64,000 nt of DNA from Octopus sinensis (lineage: Eukaryota). The stretch covers positions 86,676,001 to 86,740,000 of the forward strand of contig NC_042998.1 in assembly GCF_006345805.1 (NCBI RefSeq), written 5' to 3'. Position 1 is the stretch's first letter, and each line of letters starts with the position of its first letter. Position numbers and translations under genes: made by a program. The notes under the pieces are model-generated. The model did no database searches. It worked only from the letters and a program-made list of their open reading frames with translations, and had not been told where the DNA came from. Shown here piece after piece: positions 42,182 through 52,126 of the stretch.

Positions 42182-42184
<3 letters not shown>
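38851..42184 (-). mobile_element. R4/Dong-clade element, 5'-truncated, same subfamily as 17053-21020, opposite orientation
   Basis: ORFs 39980-41287 and 39219-39635 are nearly identical in protein to copy 3, and the 3' UTR is the same. Flanked by (TAT)n at 38772-38848 and 42184-42239. Confidence 0.93.
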
Positions 42185-42219
<35 letters not shown>

Positions 42220-42240
42220 CATTATTATTATTATTATTAA

Positions 42241-42412
42241 AGTGAGGGATGTGATGGCAGAATGCTTGAGGGACAAATTGCCAGGTTTGGATGGTCTATC
42301 CTATGAGCTTTACAGTTGTATGCCAGACTTGTTTGGAGACGTCTTGGCAGCGGTGTACTGCAACTCGCAGCAAAACGGGAGCACCCCCGGTTTTGTTAGC
42401 CGAGGAGCCAAC
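42241..42412 (+). mobile_element. Tx1-like RT fragment
   Basis: VRDVMAECLRDKLPGLDGLSYELYSCMPDLFG matches 37030-37200 (-). Confidence 0.75.
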
Positions 42413-42414
42413 AC

Positions 42415-43235
42415 ATTTCTTTCAAGCGTATGCATGTCCTCAGCAGTCTCAACCCATGTTTCACTGCTGTGTAGTAAGGTTGTTCACACACAAGTATCAT
42501 ACAGTCTGCCTTTCACTCTGAGTGCGAGTTACTTTGTTACCAGGAGAGGTAGGAGCTCTCTGAATTTTGTCCTATTCTTATTCTAGCAGGTATGCTTTCA
42601 AAGCTATTGATTTGGTCACTTAGGTAAAAAAAAGCTATCGACTACTTCTAGTTTTCTCCCCTGGAATTTGATGGAATCTATTTTCTGTACGTTTCTGATG
42701 TTTGTTGTACCTGTGCACCTTCAACACACAAAAACTATCTGCCCTGTTAACTTTCCGCTGATATTGTTGCATCTCTGATGTGTCCATAACTTACACCAGG
42801 TACATCTTATGGAGTTCCTACTTATGCCTTTTCAACAGATCAATTGTGGCCATCTACCTTAAGAGATTTGTGATTTGTCCACCTTCCTACTTACTAAGAC
42901 TTTGGTTTTTGCTAATTTAACTCTAAGGTTCTTTGATTCTAGACCTTGCTTCCACACCTGAAACTTTTTCTCTAGTTCTGGTAGTGATTCAGCTATAAGA
43001 GCAAAGTCATCAGCATAGAAGAACTCATAGGGGCAACCTGTCTTGAATTCCTCTGTTATCGCCTGGCGGACTATGATGAACAAGAAGGAACTGAGGTAAA
43101 CCCCTACTTGGTGAACCCTTACTTGTACCCTGAATTCTTCTCTATACTCATTGCCAATCCTTACCTTACTGACACCTTACTCCCTGTACATGGCTTGTAT
43201 AGCTCTCATCAACCACGTGTCTATCCCTAATTTCC
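42415..43235 (-). mobile_element. RTE-clade RT fragment
   Basis: ITEEFKTGCPYEFFYADDFALIAESLPELEKKFQVWKQGLESK. Confidence 0.8.
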
Positions 43236-43619
43236 ACATTAACTGTGTCTCATGGGCAGGATATGCTTACTAGTCTTGTTTGATAATTGTCCTAGATGTA
43301 TTATCTTCAACAAAATCATCCTTTGATAGGAACAGATAAAATGTATAACTAAACAAAAAAATACAAAAAATTCGCAATGTCTATAGACGAAAACACATAC
43401 CAGATCAGTTGTCACTTGAATCAACAAGGGCTGCATCCCTCAAGGAGGAATCAGCCTAGGGTTGAAAAGTTTGCATTTGAAACAAGCTCTTCTCCAAATA
43501 TGGACTTGAATAAGATTAATCTCAATCCAGTCCTTTTAAGTTCAGATGCACTAAGAAGACAAAGATCTAAATGTTACAAATGAACCTGAGAAACTTACAA
43601 GTAAGTGATATATACATTC

Positions 43620-44090
43620 TATTGCTCATTGGGCAAATCATCTGAATCCAAATACATGGTAAATTCTTTTAAGGTATGGAGAGAAAGAAATCTAGACATT
43701 AGACCAAACATGGATGAAAACAAACTTACAAATATAAGAGACATTCTTAGAAACAAATGATTACCAGATGCAGAATTAAATGAAATCAAGAGGAAAGTTG
43801 GAAAGATTTGAAAATATAAACACGAAGGAAGGATGAAAATGAATACATGACAGTAGAGAAACCTTAAAACTTCATGACCAATTTTGACCTATAATAAATT
43901 AGATCACTCAAAATCAGATGTGGATCACCTTTATTTCTCTGGATGAAGTAGAGTTAGAGGAATGATCGCGCTTGAGCTGCTGTGCAAAATATCAAATGTT
44001 GGGCTCAAACAATACCTTAAAACTTCAGATTACTGGATGTTGAAAACAGTTTCAGAATATGGAAGGAAGAAAAGTTTGCGATCAATCTTG
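43620..44090 (+). mobile_element. Degenerate R4/Dong fragment
   Basis: Remnant KSDVD.LY....RGMI.LEL block. Confidence 0.5.
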
Positions 44091-44199
44091 AAAGAAACAC
44101 TTTTCTGTGGGACAAACCCACTGTAGTTCAGACTTCTGCCACTAGAAGCCACTTGATGTAACCCTCAAGCACGAGTATGCTGGGCAGCGTCGTTGAGTG

Positions 44200-44970
44200 T
44201 AGTCCTACTGCCATGTGGTGTGTCTTTGTTTTTCAGTGCTTCTTCCCTGTGCATTGATCTTTGTGATGGCTGAAACGAAGAAACAGTATGTGTCCATGAA
44301 TTTCTGTTTTCTACTGGGGAAAATGGCTGCCAAAACAGTTGTTATGCTTCAAGTAACTTACAAAGACACTGCCATGAGCAAAACACAAGTTTATGAGTGA
44401 TTTCCACTTTTTAGGAATGGTCATTTGTCACTTGAAAACCAACTTCATTCAGGATATCCATTGACCTCCTGAATGATTAAAACCATCATGAAAATTCATG
44501 AACCGATCTTGGAATACCATCACTGACAGTTGACAAACTTGTTGATATGATTGGTGTGTCTTGGAGCTCCTGCCAACAAATTTTGAGCAAGGAATTGCGA
44601 ATGAAAAGAGTTGCAGCAAAATTTGTGCCTCACTTACTCTCGGAAGATCAAAACCAATCACAACTGAATCCATGTCATGAACTGAAAGAATATTTAGAAA
44701 TTGATCCAGACCTTTTTTTTTTGAAGGTCATCACTGGTGAGGAAAGTTGGTGCTATGGAATTTGCAGATGTGGAAGAGGTGAAGTGAAAAACAACAGAGA
44801 TGTTAAAATGCATCATTTTGCAAGAGTTCCAGCACTGCTTTGAACAGTGGAAAATGCATCTGGAATGATGCATTGCTTGAAATGGAGAAAAGTGATCAAA
44901 GTGTAAACATATAGAACTGTGTGAATAAAATAATATTGCAAAATCCTGGCTTCTTTTGGGTACCCTCACA
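44200..44970 (+). mobile_element. Mariner (Tc1/mariner) transposase relic, internally deleted
   Basis: MSKTQVYEW, ELRMKRVAAKFVPHLLSEDQ (WVPHEL variant) and ITGEESWCYG (first D decayed), followed directly by C-terminal remnants. Confidence 0.8.
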
Positions 44971-45339
44971 TATATTATTTTCTACTCTAGGCACAAGGCC
45001 CAAAATTGTTGAGGAAGTGAGGCAGTCGATTAGATTGATCCAAGTATGCAACTGGTGCCTAATTTATCGTCCCAGAAAGGCTAAAAAAGTTAATCTTGGC
45101 GGAATTTGAACTCTGAACGTAAAGACAAACATATATATTACAACAGCCTTCTATTTTCATCTACCAAATTTACTCACGAGACATTGGACAGTCTGAATAT
45201 TATAGTAGAAGACTAAAGTGCTGCTCAGTAGGACTAAAACCAAAACTATTTTGTTGTTAAATGAACTATTTAACTTCATAGCCATTCTTGCACCTATGCA
45301 TACAAAGATCACTTAATAATCAGTTAAATCATAACTGAA

Positions 45340-45830
45340 AACTCTAGGATGAGAAAAAAGTGTCAGGTCTTGGCATAGGTTGATTGGTATCCAGAAGGCT
45401 TTTATAGTGTTCTCCACTCATGGATTCGTGAAACATTAGCCAATCACAAGTGGATACACCAACCATGTGAAATGAATGAGAAATAAATTTGGAGATTCAA
45501 ACAGAAGAGGTAAACATAAAAATGAACAACATTGCTGTTAGAAGAAGAATATTCCACGTAGACTCTCTGTCCTCATACCTTTTCTGCATGGTATTGTTCC
45601 TCTGGAATAAATGCTAAGCCAGACTGACTATGGGTATAAGCATTTCGATAACAACTTTCTGTTATATATTAACTCTTAACATTCTATACAACAAATAGGA
45701 CCAAACCATCTTCGTTTATGTTTGTTGTAAAGAAGGTTATGAACTCTCCAATCAAAGAAAATCATTTATGTTTTGCAATGTTTGTTATTAGCATCAACCC
45801 AATGTGTTGCTGAATTTTTGTGATTTTTCC
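45340..45830 (-). mobile_element. Degenerate R4/Dong RT fragment
   Basis: Reverse strand keeps remnants of PEEQ..CRK and AWID.KAF.SV.HSWI. Confidence 0.5.
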
Positions 45831-47089
45831 TAGACTTTGTTTTATAGAAACTTATTTTTAAAAATTGTTATGGCAGATAAGTCTTTGAAGGTGATAACTA
45901 GAGGAATATATCTCTTTCATGCACACTCAATATCTGACTTTGATCTGTCGAATTTTTCATTGAGTAACTTGAACAAAATCTTGTCTGAAGAATGTTTAGA
46001 CAGTGAGCCTTTTTGTTTTGTTGAATATCTTTTCTCAATTTTTTCTTCTTGTAATTTCAACAGTACAACTAAGAAGCTATAAAGATCTATCACTTTCTTC
46101 CAATGCTTTGAAATTTGGGCAGACTTGGGTATATTTATCATTGGGTTAACAATAATGAACTTAAAAATCTGCTTGAAAATGCACGTATTTTGTTTGTGAT
46201 GTTTGTATGCCCATATTTATTACCAATATCTTTCTTTTCATCATTTTTTAAATATTGTATCTGTTTTCAGTTAATATTATGACATTAATTAACAATCTCA
46301 TTTGTATACATAAAATTCAAAACAAATAAGACTAAGTCTTTTCTACAATACTGTCTATTTTGACAATAATCTGGCCATAATGAAAGACTTATAAACATTT
46401 GAATAAACAAACCCATTTGCAGATATTTTCTGCTCAGTTATTGCAGCACTGAGATTTTAACTTTGAAAATTTTCAATACAATGTTAAAAGTTAATGTACT
46501 TAAGTTGTATTCTGCACAGGAAAAGCAAGAAACCTTGCATGTGAGACATGGTGTACAGCTTTAATATGGAGATTAGTACAAAATACCTTCTAAAACAATG
46601 TACCAAAGCCACCTAAAAAGTGAGGGAAATATATAAAATATAGACATACCATGTTATACCTAAATAAATGTTAAATTGAGACAGATTTATAATTAGCAGA
46701 TAACTTGCTATGTACAAATGAAAGAAAATGTTAGGGTAGAATATTACAAATTTATTAGATTAATTCTTAAAAAAGTTCATGCACATCAATACTTTTGCTG
46801 AATTGGTAATTAGTTATAGCTTAATATTCTCAACTGGATGCTAAATGATTTGGTTAGACCAGACTGGAAATAATGAATATTTATTTAGAATATGCCACTC
46901 AAAATCTGACATACGAATATTATATTCACCATGAATACTGGGATGTAGGGGTACTATGCATGTAGAAATCTATTATAAGATATCAAATGTGGGACTACAA
47001 AAGTATTTAAGAATAAAAGGAGACTAATACAAAGAGTGACAAAAGATGAACAAGAATAAAAGCAAAACTGCTTTTTATTTCTTATCAGA

Positions 47090-47700
47090 CCATTAACTAC
47101 AAAATTGAGGTTGAAATAACCTTCATCTGTGAGGATGATAGAAAAATAACAAGAGATATTGTGGAAACAAAAAGTTCAAAATGGAGGTAGAGAACTAGCA
47201 TGATAAAATGATGCAAAGGAAAGACACTACATGGCCAATAGATGAAAAGGCTGAAAAGAAGAAAAAGGGCAATAAATAATAGGGAAAACTCAGGACTGGC
47301 TGAAAAGCTTAGAACTTACAGCTGAGACTAAATTATTTTTGATTTGTGGCACAAGAACAAAGCAACACACCAGAAACTGCAAAAACTTGTAACGAAGTTG
47401 GAAATGTAAAATATGTGGAGGTTGTAAAGAAATAATTAGTGCAGTCTATGACAAAAGGGAATATATGCATACCTGACAGAATTGGAGGTTTCATACATTT
47501 GACATTATGCCATTATTGTGAAATCATTGAAGGAAAGACGTGGTGCAAATATACACTACAAAAGGATTCTACAGAAGGTGAAAGTGACTGTACATATAGA
47601 TTTACACAAGCAGTGATATTAAGTTAAATAACCCCAAGAAAGAAGAAAAAACCAAAAAAAAAGGCATCCTAACAGAAAGAAATAAGGTCACTTTCCAAGT
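47090..47700 (+). mobile_element. Degenerate R4/Dong 3' fragment
   Basis: Remnants of SQDWLKSL.L.AET..F.C..QEQ and C.ICG. Confidence 0.5.
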
Positions 47701-48122
47701 ATGAAGACATACAAGAAGAGATGTCTATAAGTATAATGTGATTGAAAACAAACAATCCCCCATAATATCAGCAACCTTGAGATAATACAAAGAATAGATG
47801 CATGATGAATACATAACCAAAACACCTGAATTCTCTCTCTCTCACACACACACACATACATGCTCATGCTATATACAGAAATCTCACTACTATGTACCGC
47901 ATACATATTATATGAAACACTTAATGCAATGTAAGACAAATATTAAACAAATCATTGCATGTACTTTAAGGCAACTAGGACTGTGGTTGATTGTGCCTTG
48001 AAAGCAAGTTAAAAAAGACTACTGAAATATTAATAATGATTAACAAGTAAATACACACATTATTAAACAAATAAATAAAAACAAATAATGAAACTTAAAC
48101 ATTTCATTTTCTTTTCTTGTAG

Positions 48123-48238
48123 AATTCAAAAGGAATTGAAGACTACATGAAAATTGATAAATATAAAGGTGTCATCACAGTAGTAAAAGCACTGGACTAT
48201 GAAACAAGAAACTTTTTGAATATACAGTACAAGTATCT
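48123..48238 (+). CDS. Cadherin gene exon: NSKGIEDYMKIDKYKGVITVVKALDYETRN(F..), with an apparent 1-nt frameshift near its 3' end
   Basis: Acceptor ttcttttcttgtAG, donor GTAAGT. Contains ID...G.I.....LDYE. Length is 116 nt; adding one T to the T5 run (48213-48217) gives FFEYTVQVS and a phase-0 donor. Confidence 0.88.
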
Positions 48239-48920
48239 GTAAGTATTTAAACTTAAATTATCTTTTCGTGGGTTTCCATTCTTATTGAAATGAAATGGTA
48301 ACAGTATAATATATATACACATTCATACACACATGTCACATCTGTAGTAAGTTCTTAAGTTTTCTATATTTATTTTATGGTTTTAAGTTGAAATTTTGTA
48401 GACCAGCCCACTCAACGGAATATTGATTTTAAGAAGGGCATCCAACCATAAAAACCATGCCAAAACAGCACACAGAAGCATAGCACAGGCTCCAGATTCA
48501 CCAGCTCCAGTCAAACCGCCCAACCCATGCCAGCATGGTAAGAGGACATTGAACAATGTCTGTCTGGTCAAACAAATCAGTTCCTTTCTCTTTATTCTTT
48601 CTGCTTGCACCAAAAGTATATGAATTTCAATGAGAAGCTCAACTCTCACATATTTTCAAAGAAAATAATTTTGCAGTTTCTTTAGCAACAAATAGTTTGG
48701 ACATGCTTTGCTAATGGCAGCAAAGATATCAAGAAAAAGGGAAATATGAACTCACTTCCATACATTCACACAAACACATACTTATACATCATCATCATTT
48801 AATGTTCATTTTATTTGCTGGTATAGGCTGGACAGTTTGACAGTAAGTTCCAATGTCAACTTTGGCATAATTTCTATGGCTGGATACCCTTCCTAGTGTC
48901 AGTCACTTTACAGTGTGTAT

Positions 48921-49322
48921 TACTCTTTTACTCTTTTACTTGTTTCAGTCATTTGACTGCGGCCATGCTGGAGCACCGACTTTAGTCGAGCAAATCGACC
49001 CCGGGACTTATTCTTTGTAAGCCCAGTACTTATTCTATCGGTCTTTTGCCAAACCGCTAAGTGACGGGGACGTAAACACACCAGCATCGGTTGTCAAGCA
49101 ATGCTAGGGGGACAAACTTAGACACAAAAACACACACACACATACATATATATGTTTATATATATATATACGACAGGCTTCTTTCAGTTTCTGTCTACCA
49201 AATCCACTCACAAGGCATTGGTCGGCCCGGGGCTATAGCAGAAGACACTTGCCCAAGATGCCACGCAGTGGGACTGAACACGGAACCATGTGCTTGGTTA
49301 GCAAGCTACTTACCACACAGCC
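48921..49322 (-). mobile_element. Full-length tRNA-derived SINE with internal microsatellite and CR1-like 3' tail
   Basis: Head GGCTGTGTGGTAAG (A box) ... GTTCAGTCCC (B box), internal (TA)/(TG) tract, tail GGTGCTCCAGCATGGCCGCAGTC-AAAT-GACTGAAACA-(AGTAAAAG)n. Confidence 0.85.
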
Positions 49323-49847
49323 TTTTATGGCACAACCAATGGTGAAGTTGCCAAGTTACTTGCAAGACAAAAAAGAAAACAAAGAAAATGTCTCCTCGAC
49401 TGAGTGGACATGTATTTGAGAAATGAGGTGACTTTATGGCTGGTATTGGAGACAGAAGTATGATAGAGTGACAAGCAGAGGTATTTTGCTATAGAGGAGA
49501 TACATGGCTACCCTATATCACATGAGGGTGAGTGATAGTAGGTGGGAGATAAGGATGGTGGGGATGAGTACCAGAGTGTACTCTCAAAATATAAGAAGGT
49601 AAATATGAAGGAGAAAATAGGTAGTAGATCAGGAGGGAAGAGGACCAGAAGGGTAATTTCATAAGAGTATGAGAGAATATTGATAGGTAGAGATGGAGCT
49701 GGAATTAGCTGTAGTGAGTGATGAACAAGGGTGGAGGTGTAGCTGATAGTAAATATCAGTATTGAAGTGGGAGAGTGAGAGAAATAGAAGTGGCTCAGAA
49801 AGGAAGAGTGATAAGCAGCAGCATAGGAGGTGTGGAGAGTATCATCA

Positions 49848-51260
49848 TCATCATCATCATCATCGTTTAACGTCCGTTTTCCATGCTAGCATGGGTTGGA
49901 TGGATCAAATGGGGTCTGGGAAAGCCAGAAGGCTGCGCCAGGCCCAGTCTGATCTGGCAGTGTTTCTACGGCTGGATGCTCTTCTTAACGCCAACCACTC
50001 TGTGAGTGTAGTAGGTGCTTTTTACATGCCACCTGCACAGGTGCAAGACGAGGCTGGCAAACGGCCATGATCAGATGGTGCATTTTATGTGCCACCGGCA
50101 CGGAGGCCAGTCGGGGCAGTGCTGGCAACGGCCACGTTCGGATCACAGCTGCAATTTCCATTGATGTTTATTGATTTTGATTTTGATTTTGATTTTCCTT
50201 TTCACTTGCCTCTACAGGTCTTCACAAGTAGGGATTGTGTCACAAGAAGGAAAGGTATACATAAGTGGGTTGGCTACGTCCCAGGTAGCCATGGGTTATG
50301 GTCTCACTTGTCCTGCCAGGTCTTCCCCCACACAGCATACTTCCAAAGGTCTCGGTCTCTGGTCATTTCTTCGGTGAGACCTAATGTTCGAAGGTCGGCT
50401 TCACCACCTCATCCCAGGTTTTCTTGGGTCTACCTCTTCCACAGGTTCCCTTAACCACTAGGATGTGGCACTTTTTCACACAACTATCTTCATCCATTCT
50501 CACTACATGACCATACCAGCGCAAACGTCTCTCTTACACACCACAACTGATGCTTCTTATGTCCAACTTTTCTCTCAAGGTATTTATACTCTGTCGAGTA
50601 TGAACACTGACATTACACATCCATCGGAGCATACTGGCTTCATTTCTTGCGAGCTTACACATGTCCTCAGCAGTTACAGCCCAAGTTTCACTGCCATGTA
50701 GCATGGCTGTTCATACACATGCGTCATACAGTCTGCCTTTTATTCTGAGCGAGAGGCCTTTTGTCACCAGCAGAGGTAAGAGCTCTCTGAACTTTGCCCA
50801 GGCTATTCTTACTCTAGCAGTTACACTTTCAGCACACCCACCCCCGCTACTGACTTAGTCACCTAGGTAACGGAAGCTATCAACTATTTCTAGTTTTTCT
50901 CCCTGAAACGTGATAGAAGTTGGTCTCAGAGCATTTTCAGTGTTTATTGCTCCTGAGCATCTACCACATACAAAGACTATCTTCCTAGTTAGCCTTCCTT
51001 TGACATTGCTGCACCTCTTATGTGTCCATAGCTTACATTTGGTGCATCTTATAGAGTTTCTACCTATGCCTTTTCTACAGATCGAGTAGGGCCATCTACC
51101 TGAAGCATTTTAAGCATTTCAGCAGTAATTCTTAGAAAAAGTAATCTTTGTATATGGAAGATGCACTGGGAACACAAATGCTAAGGGCACACAGGAAACA
51201 GATTTTCTCAAATGCCAAGGAGGTTCTCTAGAGACAAAGATAATCTCTGCTATCTTGGTG
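49848..51260 (-). mobile_element. RTE-clade 3' part with (GAT)n tail
   Basis: (CAT)n at about 49845-49863 followed by the RTE 3' UTR and RT C-terminal remnants. Confidence 0.75.
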
Positions 51261-51659
51261 GCTAAACTAGCAGTGAAGCAAGATATTTTGAATGTTTAAT
51301 TATTAGAATAAGAATAGGACAGAGAATGTTCAGAGGACTATTAACTACCAGAGTGAAAGTCAGATTGTATGATGCTTGGGCATGAAATGCAATGCTATTT
51401 GGTATGAGATGTGGGCACTGAACACAGAAGACATGTGAAGACTGGAGAAGAATGGAGGGAATATGCTCTCTTGGATCTACATCAATGTAGATATCTTTTT
51501 TCAACCCCACTCATATCTGTTATTGATGACAGCCCCAACTCCCTAATCACTTCTGTCTTCCCACTCACTTTAGCCTCTAACCTCCATCTCTACGACTGTC
51601 ACTTGCCTTCCATCCCCATCCAATTTCAAAATTTGCACAGCATCTTATTACTTCTGATT

Positions 51660-52015
51660 TGTCCAGTGTGTGAGAGAGAATCGTGATGTGGTAGGGGAGA
51701 AATGTGTTCGCATGGATGATGGTTCACTTGCACTGAATGAGGATGCAAAGAGAGAGGTATGGAGACACCATTATGAGAAGCTGCTAAATAAGGAAAATAA
51801 ATGGGATAAAGAGAGTCTGCCAAATGTCGCCCCAACAGAGGGACCAGCTATCCGAGTTGACAGTTCCTTAGTAGTTAAGGCAATTAGAAGCATGAAGACA
51901 GGGAAAGCCCCAGGCCCATCAGGTATTTCTGCAGAGATGCTTAAAATATCTGGTAGTGTCGGCTATAGCCTAGTCACCCGTATAGTTAACCAGTTTACAA
52001 AGGTAAAGGTGACGC
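51660..52015 (+). mobile_element. RTE-clade fragment
   Basis: WRHHYEKLLNKEN..KAPGPSGISAEMLK, matching 22700-22950. Confidence 0.8.
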
Positions 52016-52126
52016 ACACTCCGTTGACTCAAACCTTGCTTCTATTGTGGCGAATTTACCGCCTCTGATTAGATACCTTTCATGGTCGCACCAAGACACT
52101 TTTCGAAGGTGCTTTCCGCCATGTTG
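52015..52126 (-). pseudogene. Downstream stub of an older Tx1-like ORF1 that was interrupted by the array
   Basis: Translates NMAESTFEKCLGATMK / YLIRGGKFATIEARFEST, homologous to IEKCLG..RGKKYGTVEVR. Confidence 0.7.

Noticed and set aside
2915-48238. Assignment as a clustered protocadherin or a named cadherin
   Set aside because: The small-exon architecture and only ~1.5 visible repeats do not support a gene symbol.
49250-49322. tRNA gene
   Set aside because: A and B boxes are present but there is no cloverleaf, and it runs into a SINE body.
48240-52000. Next cadherin exon (expected to start with D)
   Set aside because: No convincing acceptor, cadherin-like peptide and donor combination was found; it probably lies beyond the window.
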